Of a stretch of DNA of 64,000 nt, positions 32,939-42,399 are shown in pieces. Each line of letters opens with the position of its first letter. The first letter of the stretch is position 1. A program made the position numbers and the translations under genes. The DNA is from Alphaproteobacteria bacterium (GTDB lineage: Bacteria; Pseudomonadota; Alphaproteobacteria; MPNO01; UBA830), in contig OZ251539.1 in NCBI GenBank assembly GCA_965243135.1, positions 4,992,001 to 5,056,000 of the forward strand, written 5' to 3'. The notes beneath the pieces were generated by a model. That model saw only the letters and a list, made by a program, of their open reading frames with translations. It was not told the origin of the DNA and did not search any database.

Positions 32939-34586
32939 CAGAAATTCCCGCTAAGGTGGCCGCCCTTTGCGAAAGGCGCGTCGAGATAGCGTCGTTACCG
33001 AGGGATCAGCCGCCGCGACGCACCTTCCCCGCTTCGGCTTGGTGCCGACTTAGCCTTGACCATCCTGTTTCCCCTGAAAAACTTGCTTTAGCACATTCGG
33101 TCACGGTGCCAGGTCAGGAGGTGTCGTAGGGAATTCCCTCTGCTTTCCGGTATCCAAACGCGATCATTCGGTAGAGTGTTTCCCAGTCCTTCAAGAAGTA
33201 TTCGAGAAACAATCCCCGCGCCTTTTCCCAGAAGTAAATGGGCCGCTTGGCCTTCGTTTGTGCCTGTTGGAACAGTTTGCAACATCGCTGTTGAATCTGG
33301 TCAATCAGGAACGCCAGCATCATCAGGAACGCAAAGACCGTCGACAGATTCTTGTTACCGTGACCGAAGTTGTGCTCAAAGCAGTAGCCTTGGTTCTTCA
33401 GGGTGTTGAAAGTTTCGTTCTCGATCTTCCAGCGCGCCCGCCCGGTGCGCATCAACTCCATCAGGTTCCCTTCGTCAATTGGCAGATCCGTGACCCAGGA
33501 GAAACGTTGTTTCTTACCGTTTGGGAGCTTCTCCCAGTATTCGAGAAAGTTCACTTTGAGGTCGAAGTGCGTATCGTTCAGAGGCACTCCGTTGAGATAC
33601 CGGAATTCGTGCCGTATGTTGTCACCGTCCGTGAACTCCCGGCGCTCCACGGACGGCGCGTTGTTGACCCACTCGAACAGGAATTTGTGGTCGCCGGGCT
33701 TCGCCCCCAGTATGAAACGCATGTCTAACTCCTTGAGAAGATTGACATGTGGTCCGTTCGAGGCCAGCCCATCTTCCAACACAACCAGCTTCAGGTGCGG
33801 GTGTTCACGACGCACATCTTCCAGAAGCCGTTTCGCTGCGTTGCGTTCGCAATCGTTCTTTTTTGCGCCGTCTTCCTTCAGGATCGGTTCCGGTGCAAAC
33901 GGAAAAACCTCCTTTTGTTCCGGATGCACCAGAACGGCCCCCAACATCTGGTGGTAGTAGGTAATCGTACCGTCGCGGTGGTGTTTCTCGCAGCAATTTT
34001 TACAGTGCACCTTGTTCGACGAGAAGTATCCCGTTCCATCGATCGAAAGAGCGTAATGCCCGTTCAGACAAGTGTATTGTTCCAACCCCTTGCCTCGTTG
34101 CAAAACCTGGAACATCTTCGTGAAACAACGCCGCAATTGCCGCGGACAGACTTCGTCAAGCCGTTCGCGCATCGCAGTGTCCGACGGCACGCGCTTGACG
34201 CCGTATAAGGTCGCGAGGTTGTGCCGAACCGCTTCGTCGGCGTGCGCGGCTTCGTCGAATTGCAGAAGCGACGCATACTTCATACCGAACACCGCTAGAC
34301 CCGACATCAGACAGTCCGTCTGGTTCAGCCCCCGGCTCGCGATCGGATCTTCAATACGGTCGAAACAAGCTCGCACTTCCTTCAGCAATCCCGGAGCGCT
34401 GAGCGTCTTGCGCATGCCTGGCATTCTGGCCATTTTGGTACAATCCCGCCTCGCCTTCGGACCACTTTCCAGAGAAAAATGCTCCGCTCGAAGGCAAATA
34501 GCCCCGAATCACCTCGAAAAGTCCACGAAAGACTTTTTTCCGGCCCCATATTTTTCAAGGGTTTCGAGCCTTAGCGGGAATTGCTG
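32939..34586 (-). mobile_element. Insertion sequence, copy 2 of the 13763-15411 element, 1648 bp
   Basis: Same terminal inverted repeats. 9-bp TSD CAGAAGCAC at 32930-32938 and 34587-34595. Confidence 0.95.
33114..34433 (-). CDS. DDE transposase
   Basis: 439 aa; differs from copy 1 at about 5 residues. Confidence 0.93.
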   Translation of the reverse strand: MARMPGMRKTLSAPGLLKEVRACFDRIEDPIASRGLNQTDCLMSGLAVFGMKYASLLQFDEAAHADEAVRHNLATLYGVKRVPSDTAMRERLDEVCPRQLRRCFTKMFQVLQRGKGLEQYTCLNGHYALSIDGTGYFSSNKVHCKNCCEKHHRDGTITYYHQMLGAVLVHPEQKEVFPFAPEPILKEDGAKKNDCERNAAKRLLEDVRREHPHLKLVVLEDGLASNGPHVNLLKELDMRFILGAKPGDHKFLFEWVNNAPSVERREFTDGDNIRHEFRYLNGVPLNDTHFDLKVNFLEYWEKLPNGKKQRFSWVTDLPIDEGNLMELMRTGRARWKIENETFNTLKNQGYCFEHNFGHGNKNLSTVFAFLMMLAFLIDQIQQRCCKLFQQAQTKAKRPIYFWEKARGLFLEYFLKDWETLYRMIAFGYRKAEGIPYDTS

Positions 34587-35114
34587 CAGAAGCACTACTC
34601 TTTTCTCGTCGATGATGCATTCGTCAAAACGGAAATCGATCCGAGGATTCAACAGCCGCAACAGCCACGTTTCCAGAGGTTCGTTGCCCTTTTTGGAATC
34701 CGGAGGCGAAAAGACTGTCCCGACGACTTCATGCGTTTTATCCTCTATCCCCCAGAGCATATAGGCATGGGGCCTGCCCTGCAGCGCCGCAGCATTTGCC
34801 AACGCCGATATATACTCTCCGATCACATGCGGTTCACGTTGGCCGACCTTGAATTCAACCCACTCCGTCTCGTGCGGCAAGCTGCGCAATTCGTGAACCC
34901 AGTCACGGATGTAGTCCTGATTCCGATCACCGTTCATGGCGCGTGACGACCAAGCGGAGAGCCTGCAGGATGCGGTCGTCGTAGTTGATTGAACAAATAC
35001 GCCTATCCTCTGAAGCTAGTGATTCGAGCGCAAACAAACTTATCAAGGTTATCCAGCTGTGGGCATATGGTCAAGTGTCCAGAACGACGGTGCCACGCCT
35101 ACGCTGTCGACGTG

Positions 35115-35272
35115 TCGCTTCCCCGGCCTGCCAACCTGCAAGCGCCAACCAGCGGCCCCGCCATGCCGAGCCGGCGAAACGCTTGAACTCCAGGTAGCGG
35201 TTCTATCGAACGAATGCGACCCGCTTGACCCGCTCGTCCGGTCGAGCGAAGCGGATTTTCGCCTCCTCGAGG
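35115..35272 (-). pseudogene. DUF4338 (DruA-like) remnant
   Basis: Minus-strand translation LEEAKIRFARPDERVKRVAFVR*NRYLEFKRFAGSAWRGRWLALAGWQAG matches the DUF4338 N-terminal pattern. It has an internal stop. Confidence 0.5.
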
Positions 35273-35658
35273 GGAATCCTTAAGGCAAGGGTCTCGTTCG
35301 AAGCCGCAGCTCGTGGATGACCGAATCGACTTGCGAAAACCGGAGGAAATTCATTTCAACGGCAAAAATTGCGGAAATTCAACGTAAAATCAGCACGGGA
35401 TCGCCCTGACTTCGCCCAACCTATCGTTGCATGTCTACGCTGCCCGGCGGGGTGTTGCTGGTTCTTCATCGAAAACGAAGTGAAGATCCAAACTGCCGTG
35501 CAACCTGTCGGCAGCCCCTGAATCTACCGGCGGTAGGGCGCTCTTTCGGCGTCATGGCAAACCGCAGCGAAGTGCGTCCGTTCCGGGAACTCCGTGCTTC
35601 GCCGCTTCTCGTCGGTTTCCGACAGTCCGTTGAAAAAACCGCAAACCGGAAGATTCGC

Positions 35659-36606
35659 TTACACCCCCGCCGAAGCGGCGGCGAGCGTATCCGTTTCCAT
35701 GTCCTCGTCTCGAACGGCTCCGATCAGATCCGAAACGCGTTCGATCCCGCGGTCGTCGCACCAGGCTTCGAGATCGTCGATGATCATGGTGAGCGCGGTC
35801 GGATTTCTGAACCCGGCATATCCGATTCCCACCGCCGACGCGCCTGCCAGCATGTACTCGACGACGTCCTCGGCCTTGGTGACGCCGCCGATGCCGATGA
35901 TCGGGACGGAAACCTCCTTCGCCACCTGATAGACCATGCGAAGCACGATCGGCTTCAACGCGGGCGACACGAGCCCGCCGAACTTGTTGCCCAGCGCCGG
36001 ACGAAAATTGTCGGTGCGTATCTTGAGGGACAGGAAAGTATTGGCGATGACCAGCGCGTCCGCGCCCGCCTCTTCCGCAGCCAACGCGATGGAAACGATG
36101 TCGCCCGCATTGGGCGAGAGCTTGGCCCAGACGGGCTTTTCGGTCGCCGCCCGGATCGCTCCCATCACCTTCTTCGTGTGATCTTCTTGCAGCGCGAAGT
36201 TGCCCCCGGTCGTGTTCCGCGTCGGACAGGAGATGTTGCATTCGATCACGTCCACGTCGGGCACGCTCAACTCGGCGGCCAATGCGGCGAAATCCTCGAT
36301 CGACTCCGACGAAACGCTGACCACCAGCGGCGGCGCGAACTTCGCGTACTCGGGAACGATGCGATCCAGGAAATAGTCGATGCCCTTGCCTGGAAGTCCG
36401 ATGGACTGAATGATCCCGGCCTCGGTCTCCGCCATTCGCGGCGTCGGATTGCCCACCCGCGGCTCGCGGCAGATGGTCTTCGCCACAAGCGCGCCTAGAC
36501 GGTTAAGGTCGATCACGTCGGCGTATTCCCAGGAAAACGCCCCCGACGCGGGCTGGATCGGATTGGCTAACGTCAGATCGCCGATCCTGACGGAAAGATC
36601 TACCAT
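35659..36606 (-). CDS. pyrD: Dihydroorotate dehydrogenase family 1B catalytic subunit
   Basis: NPIQPASG, GNPTPRMAET, NISCP, KLSPN, ANT and IIGIGGV motifs. Confidence 0.85.
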   Translation of the reverse strand: MVDLSVRIGDLTLANPIQPASGAFSWEYADVIDLNRLGALVAKTICREPRVGNPTPRMAETEAGIIQSIGLPGKGIDYFLDRIVPEYAKFAPPLVVSVSSESIEDFAALAAELSVPDVDVIECNISCPTRNTTGGNFALQEDHTKKVMGAIRAATEKPVWAKLSPNAGDIVSIALAAEEAGADALVIANTFLSLKIRTDNFRPALGNKFGGLVSPALKPIVLRMVYQVAKEVSVPIIGIGGVTKAEDVVEYMLAGASAVGIGYAGFRNPTALTMIIDDLEAWCDDRGIERVSDLIGAVRDEDMETDTLAAASAGV

Positions 36607-37472
36607 CCCACGGCCTCCTGAAGATCGAATACCGGACCCTCGCGGCAAACCCGCCGGAGAACGCGCTGGCCGCCGACCTCGAAAGTACGGACGCAGACGT
36701 AGCATGCGCCGAAGCCGCAGACCATGATTTGCTCCATCGCCACCTGACCGGGCACGCCGTGTTTTCTGCCGAGGCGTTGCATCAGCTTGAGCAGGCGGTT
36801 GGACCCGCAGGTAAAGAATGCGTCGGCCTTCCCGTTCGCTACCAGCTCCTCAAGAATCCGCTCCACGTTGGCGACATCGCTGCTGCCGTCCGTGTCGACC
36901 ACCGTCACGACTTCGGCGCCCAACTCTGCGAACAGTTCCTTGGACATGACGACCTCGGAATTGCGCGCGCTGAGGATTGCGGTCACGCCGAGGTCGTGCT
37001 CCGCCGCCAGTTGCGACAGAGGAGCCAATGTCGCAAGGCCGACGCCGCGCCCGAGAACCACGAGGTTCCGCCAGCCGGGTTCGAGCCGGAAGCCGACCCC
37101 CAGCGGCCCGGTGATGTTGAATTCGTCGCCGGGTTCCAGCAAGCCCATGCCGCGCGTGCCGCGTCCCTCGCATTTGTAAAGGAATTCGAGCCTGCGATCG
37201 TCGCGGTCGACGCGATAGACGCTCATGGGACGGCGCATCCATACCTCGGCGCCGTCGGGCGTCGGGCACAGAAGGTGGAAGAACTGGCCCGCCCGCGCGT
37301 TCATCGCCCGCTCGTGCACGTCGACGACGATATGCCTGTACTCTTCGTTGACCTGATCGTTGGAGACGACCACCGACACGAATTCGGCCACCGGCCGAGC
37401 GGGATGAGGGTCGGCAGCTCCGATGCGGAGCGCGGCGTCCGTATAGTTGAGGTTGGGATCGGGGATCGTCAT
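36600..37472 (-). CDS. pyrK: Dihydroorotate dehydrogenase electron-transfer subunit
   Basis: RRPMS, GPLGVGF, GRGVGLA and EQIMVCGFGACYVC...VCREGPVF motifs. Confidence 0.85.
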   Translation of the reverse strand: MTIPDPNLNYTDAALRIGAADPHPARPVAEFVSVVVSNDQVNEEYRHIVVDVHERAMNARAGQFFHLLCPTPDGAEVWMRRPMSVYRVDRDDRRLEFLYKCEGRGTRGMGLLEPGDEFNITGPLGVGFRLEPGWRNLVVLGRGVGLATLAPLSQLAAEHDLGVTAILSARNSEVVMSKELFAELGAEVVTVVDTDGSSDVANVERILEELVANGKADAFFTCGSNRLLKLMQRLGRKHGVPGQVAMEQIMVCGFGACYVCVRTFEVGGQRVLRRVCREGPVFDLQEAVGW

Positions 37473-37529
37473 CGCCCGCAGCCGTATACTGAAGTTCATG
37501 TGAATACTACAGGCGTTCCGCTGCAAACT

Positions 37530-38777
37530 CTACATTCCGCCGAATAGCATGGTGACGTTGATCCGAAGGTTCTCGTATCCGACCGCGAACTCCGGCGCGT
37601 CCGAACCGTGACGCAGGCGGGATCTGAACAACGCCGCCCGGTTCTGACGGTACGGAACGACGATCCCGTTCTCCGTCTCGCATCCGCTTTCTTGCCCGTG
37701 GATCACCATGCCGCCGCGTCCGGGGTTGCGGTTGGCCGCGTCCGGCGTCAACCAGAAATTCAGACTCACCTCCGCGTCGTCGGCATGAAGCTCGATCGGG
37801 AGATCCGGCGCGAGTCCCTTGAAGGCCCAGGCCTGCGAAAGCGGATGGTCTCCGACGATGCCCGGAAACGCCTCGCGAATCTCGTCCGCGATCTGAAGGA
37901 GAAGGGGGCTGGCGAGGCCGTCTTCCAGATAGGCGGCCAAGAATCCGTCTATATGCGCAAAATCGAACCAGATCGCGCTTTCCAGCAGATGCTTCCGCAG
38001 GCGCGCCAACGCCGATGGCGTCAGCAGGCCGTCGAACCACGCCGCGCCGCGCCGCGCGAAGGCCGCCGTAACGCTCCCCTTGTCGATGCCGGGATCGACG
38101 GCCGGTCCGGACGTTTCGGGCGCGTCGACCATATGGTGAGGCGTATTGTAGGTTCCCGACAGCGCTTCAAGTTGCCCGGCGTCGAGCTCGACCACCCCGT
38201 CGCCCAACGTTTCCGCGACCGCGTCGTAGGCGCGGGCCAAACGTTCGAACGGCCGGCGCGAATTCTCGGCGATATAGCGCAACTGCGCCGCGTCGTGCGC
38301 GAGCTTGCCGCGCGTCGCGCGCCTCAAGGATCGAGCCGCAATGCCGGCCCGGTCTTCTCCCCGGCGCAGTTCAAGGGTGCGCGCGAAATGATCGAGCGCG
38401 CGGCCGCGGCGCCCGGCGGCCTGCCAGAGGAATCCGAGCCTGCGGTGCGCTTCGTACGAATCGGGTTCAAGGGCCACGACCCGCATATAGGCGTCGCGCG
38501 CCTCGTCCGTCCGCCGAAGCGCGAAAAGCGCGTTCGCGCGATTGAAGTGGGCCGTCGCATAGCCGGGTTCGCGGGCGAGCACGCGGTCGAAGCAGGCGAT
38601 CGCGTCCGAAGGATCGCCCGCCTCGGCGCGAAGAACGCCAAGGTTGTGCCATATGCGCGGGTCGTCCGGCCTGGAGCGGAGGATCGACCGGTAGGCGGTT
38701 TCCGCCTCGTCGAGGCGGCCTTCCCTGTGCAAGGCGACCGCGGCGCGGATCATTTCGCCAGGATCTTCGAAGCCCAT
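37530..38777 (-). CDS. TPR-repeat protein with C-terminal 2OG-Fe(II) oxygenase-like domain
   Basis: About 4 TPRs, then WAFK...HAD...NFWLTPD...PYRQNRA.LF.S.L.H...RINVT. Confidence 0.8.
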   Translation of the reverse strand: MGFEDPGEMIRAAVALHREGRLDEAETAYRSILRSRPDDPRIWHNLGVLRAEAGDPSDAIACFDRVLAREPGYATAHFNRANALFALRRTDEARDAYMRVVALEPDSYEAHRRLGFLWQAAGRRGRALDHFARTLELRRGEDRAGIAARSLRRATRGKLAHDAAQLRYIAENSRRPFERLARAYDAVAETLGDGVVELDAGQLEALSGTYNTPHHMVDAPETSGPAVDPGIDKGSVTAAFARRGAAWFDGLLTPSALARLRKHLLESAIWFDFAHIDGFLAAYLEDGLASPLLLQIADEIREAFPGIVGDHPLSQAWAFKGLAPDLPIELHADDAEVSLNFWLTPDAANRNPGRGGMVIHGQESGCETENGIVVPYRQNRAALFRSRLRHGSDAPEFAVGYENLRINVTMLFGGM

Positions 38778-39093
38778 CGCCGCCGTCCGCTTGCAGACGC
38801 TGCCACTCCGACCGACGGGCCGGGTTGCGCGATACCCGTCGTCCGTTCCGGCCGGTCTTCGGGAGCCGCGCCCATGCGGCCCGATCGCCGCGCTGCCGTT
38901 CGCGGCCTCCCCAAGCCGTAACCGGGCGACCGTACGAGGAAAGAAACGCGGAACGCGCCCGCCTGCACTCCATGAGCGTCGCGCCCGCGTCGTTTCCGCG
39001 CCAACTTCCAAACCGAGCGTTCGACGCCCGGGATCTTCCGGAGGGTCGAATTCTCATGCATTCCGGGCGCGCCGGACTTGAAACATCGAGCTG

Positions 39094-39465
39094 TCATCGT
39101 CCGCGAACTGACCTCTTCATGACGTGACGGCGCAACCTCGATATCGCCCTTACGAGAGGAGGCTCCGGCGACAAAGCGCGACGAAGGATAAATCGTTGCC
39201 TTGAATTCGGTTCTGCATTCGCTTCTTTTGAAAGATAACATCCCATAAAAGCCGTCAAGACCGCGACGGTATAAATGGAGATCCAATCACCCAATCCGTC
39301 GGACCCGGCCCAGCTAAGGGAAATTATCAGGAAAGGAAAATGGGCGCGCTCCAGCGCATCGAGCTTGGGACGGGAAGAATCGATAAACGGATACAGAAAA
39401 TAGAACGCGAGAGCTATTATAGAGACGACGACGGAAGTCTCGATCTGCATGATTCCCTCTCTCAA
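39094..39465 (-). CDS. Hypothetical membrane protein (possibly degraded)
   Basis: Three hydrophobic stretches in a lower-GC patch; no recognisable family. Confidence 0.3.
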   Translation of the reverse strand: MREGIMQIETSVVVSIIALAFYFLYPFIDSSRPKLDALERAHFPFLIISLSWAGSDGLGDWISIYTVAVLTAFMGCYLSKEANAEPNSRQRFILRRALSPEPPLVRAISRLRRHVMKRSVRGR

Positions 39466-39733
39466 CGCCTCGTACGGGAACGCGCTGACATCGTCGAATC
39501 AACCATCGCTACGGAAAACCACGCGATCGACAACGCTACCGCCGATAATATGACCAAGATTATAGTGCGTGAAACTCACGAATCCTCCACAGACAGGTTC
39601 AGATTAAGTTGAAAATTCCGAGTTGGCCATTCATATGCCTGCGTACGAATGACGGTTGAACTCTTCGTCCATGAGCACCTCACCGGCATTCGCGGTCTCG
39701 TAATTCAGGGCGCCTCTCAAGTTCCACGGGCCA

Positions 39734-40057
39734 TCAACTCGTAGGTAATTCACAGCCGCCGATATCCTCGAAGTAGACCAGTGCCGGCAGGTTGCGGCGT
39801 TGATGGACGAGTCGCAGGATCACCGGCTCGCTAGCGGCGGCGGTTATCCGCGCAAAGAATATGACGTGCCGTTTGTAGTTCACCGAGCGCAGACCCGCCG
39901 CGAATAAGCTTCGATCACGTCCGCCGATCGGCCGCGATTCCCTCGAAAGCTCGCACCAAACCCCAGTCAACCACTGATCACCGCCCCAAGTCTCGACAGT
40001 ATAGCGCCGGATTTCGTCCAGGTCCCGACGCGCCAGACGGGAGAGTCCGAGCGTCAC
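39734..40057 (-). pseudogene. ParE/RelE toxin, probably degenerate
   Basis: LSRLARRDLDEIRRYTVETWG and GLRSV...RHVIFF...ILRLVHQRR are ParE-like; the middle region looks scrambled. Confidence 0.65.
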
Positions 40058-40070
40058 GGCGGAGACCGGA

Positions 40071-40313
40071 TTACCGCAGGCCCGCGTCCGGCTCATAGTC
40101 GCCGGGATCGAATTTGGCGAAGCGCCCGGCCTCCGCCTCGCGCACCGCCTCTTCCAGATCCGCTTTCAGCCTGCAGAACTGACGCGCCCCGTCCCGCTCC
40201 ATCAGCAACCGGATCCCCGCACGCACCACTTCGCTCAAATTGGCGTAGGCGCCGGATTCGATCCGGCCTTGAACATAAGATTCCATCGATTCGGTCAGGC
40301 GTACGTTCGGCAT
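40071..40313 (-). CDS. ParD-type (CC2985 family) RHH antitoxin
   Basis: MPNVRLT...YVQGRIESGAYANLSEVVRAGIRLL. Confidence 0.85.
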   Translation of the reverse strand: MPNVRLTESMESYVQGRIESGAYANLSEVVRAGIRLLMERDGARQFCRLKADLEEAVREAEAGRFAKFDPGDYEPDAGLR

Positions 40314-40699
40314 CCGAGCTACCCCCATATCCTCAATGGCGTCAGATACTGACCGGCGACGCCATATCGGTCAATTCTCGAACTTTTGCGGACTGCCCTT
40401 CGCCGGATTGCTTTCGTCCGGCGGTTCATCGGCAAGGCGACATCGAGGCGGCCACAGCAAGAGCGGCTTGCGATTCCGTAACTTTCCGGGCGAAGCCTTG
40501 CGAGCGCCGCAACGGCAAGGCCGTGCAGATCCTCAAGGTCCGCCTTGCGGAAGTCGGGCGTCTTCGGAAAGCACTGGCGGCCCGGCCCGTTCGCGTGCTC
40601 GTTTAGCCCGCGTTGTCGGCGCGGTCGAGCGAAGAAAAACGACGCCTTCAGAGCTTCCGCGGGCCGCGAACTCCTTGACCGGACGCCGGCATGCGCCCG

Positions 40700-40925
40700 T
40701 TTCCTCGGCCGGCCTTCAGGCACGGCCAGCAACGTAAACTTGGAGGCGGGGTTCGCCAGCGACAGCACGGCGCGCCCGTGTCGCCGTCCCAGTTCCCGAT
40801 CCGGGACTTCTCGGCCTTCGGACGCATGTCCACCCGACGCGGTCGCGGCGCTTCCCGCCGCTTCGCCAGGAGCGCCGCCGACTTCCTGTCGTCCCGTGTG
40901 TGCCTGTAGATCCGTTAACCGTGAA
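40700..40925 (-). pseudogene. IS30 family transposase remnant
   Basis: Fragments RIYRHTRDDRK, RPKAEKSRIGNWDGDT and VLSLANPASKFTLL in shifting frames. Confidence 0.6.
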
Positions 40926-40989
40926 CCCGCCGCGCAGGCGTCCCGGCTCCGGCCTCCACCGCTGCGCCAGCTTGCCGGCCGCTTCGTCC

Positions 40990-41115
40990 CACCGGGTCAC
41001 CTTCCGCGAAACGCTGCGCTTCGCAGGAACCTGCTACCGGGCAGCCATCAAGGTCGGCGCGACCCAGGGCCACGGCAGCGCCCGGCGCGAACGCGCTCTC
41101 CCGGTCAAGGATGCT
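40990..41115 (+). pseudogene. DUF4338 C-terminal remnant
   Basis: VTFRETLRFAGTCYRAAIKVGATQGHG...ALPVKD resembles DUF4338 ETFVE..RF.GTCYRAANW..VG.T.GRG...PVK. Confidence 0.6.
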
Positions 41116-41226
41116 GAAATTCCTGCGGCGGGACTGGAAGCGGAAAAATAGACAGTCACTTAACGAGCGAACGCTTGCCGCAATCTTGCAGGATCGTCGA
41201 CAAAAGAATCGGAGGTCGTAACCCTG

Positions 41227-41679
41227 TCAGCCGTTCTTCGTCATTTCGTTCCGACTACGCAACATCGCGCAAAACGCACCTTCATTTCCATAGTTCCACG
41301 GTGCCGCTCGGTGTTGGTACACGCGGTGATTCTGGTTCAACCATACCGGCACCTTCCGGCGCAGAATACCGGTGCCCTTTTGGGGCGACCCTTTGCCTGT
41401 GATGATCAATACGCAGCGGCGGGAATCTGAAGATTGCGATTTCGCAAGAAAGTCGTTTACCGCCGGTTCCGCTTCGTCCACGGTTTTCCCGTGGAGGTCC
41501 ATGCTCCCTTGCGGTGAGTTACAGCATGGGATCGATGGATCGCCGGGCTGGACGGTAAGTTCATCGTGGCTTTTGGAAGGCCCAACCGGTACGCGGTCGC
41601 TTTCTGGTATTGGTTGGATTCCCTTATCCTCCGCATATTCGAAAAACTCCCGTTCTTCGGCATTAGTGACTTTATTCAT
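41227..41679 (-). CDS. Stand-alone Smr/MutS2 domain protein
   Basis: MDLHG.T..EA...V..FL, VLIITGKG...GILR..VP.WL and A....G.EGA motifs. Confidence 0.8.
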   Translation of the reverse strand: MNKVTNAEEREFFEYAEDKGIQPIPESDRVPVGPSKSHDELTVQPGDPSIPCCNSPQGSMDLHGKTVDEAEPAVNDFLAKSQSSDSRRCVLIITGKGSPQKGTGILRRKVPVWLNQNHRVYQHRAAPWNYGNEGAFCAMLRSRNEMTKNG

Positions 41680-41799
41680 CCGCCGTTCTCCCATCGTCCA
41701 GCGGATGGATAGCAAATCTCCACCGCTAGCGCACCGCGGAAAAATATGATTGTGAACTCATTAGCGAGCTGTTTGCGCAGCGCCATTTTTTGTCGGCCG

Positions 41800-42260
41800 C
41801 CGCCCGGCCGGCACCCCGCGGACCGCTCCGCCCGCCCGCCGGCAGGGCCGCACGGACATTCAATCCGCAGGTGTCCGAGCGCCCCGCCGTCACAAGGCCG
41901 AGCCGCAGGCGCCCGCAGGCCGCGGACATAGTGCTTCTCCATGCGGTAACGTTGTCGACCCGGCTGTAGATTTGCTCCATGGCGGAGCGGCGGTCCGCGC
42001 TTCCAGGAGTGGCCGCCCCAGGGGATCGGCGTGAAGCCTGTCATGCTTTTCCAGCGCGGACGATGCGGCTGTACTTGCCAGCCTGGGCTCGGCAGCATTC
42101 CTTGCGACCTGCGCAGCCGAAGGCCGCCGCCGGGCAACGGTACTTGAGGGTACCGCACGCCCCGGGGTTCGCCTCGAAGTCCGGGAACGCCATGCGCCGA
42201 TGGACAGGAGATCCTGGACCTCCGCGGGACGGAAGAGGCGCGAGGATCCAGGACGCGCAG
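41800..42260 (-). pseudogene. DDE transposase remnant
   Basis: Fragments GTLKYRCPAAAFGCAGRKEC, FTPIPWG..SWKRG, EQIYSRVDN and YRMEKHYVRGL in shifting frames. Confidence 0.6.
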
Positions 42261-42399
42261 GGCGCCCCGGGGGATGAATCGCCCGAACCGGCAGCCGGCT
42301 CGGACGAACCTTCCTGCGACGGCCCGAGCCGGAATCCACCTTCGCGAACGGATCGGATATAAGACCTTCATCCTGACTCGGACGAGATTGCGACTTCCG

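Larger units (their letters stand above)
31796..34937 (-). pseudogene. Schlafen/AlbA_2 + HATPase_c_4 + HTH protein, split by an IS
   Basis: N-terminal part ETEWVEFK...YISALAN...WGIED (34937-34587) joins EIDRTA...YMRVG...VRELVVNALIHQD...NPG...RN...EERGSG (32938-31796). Confidence 0.88.
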
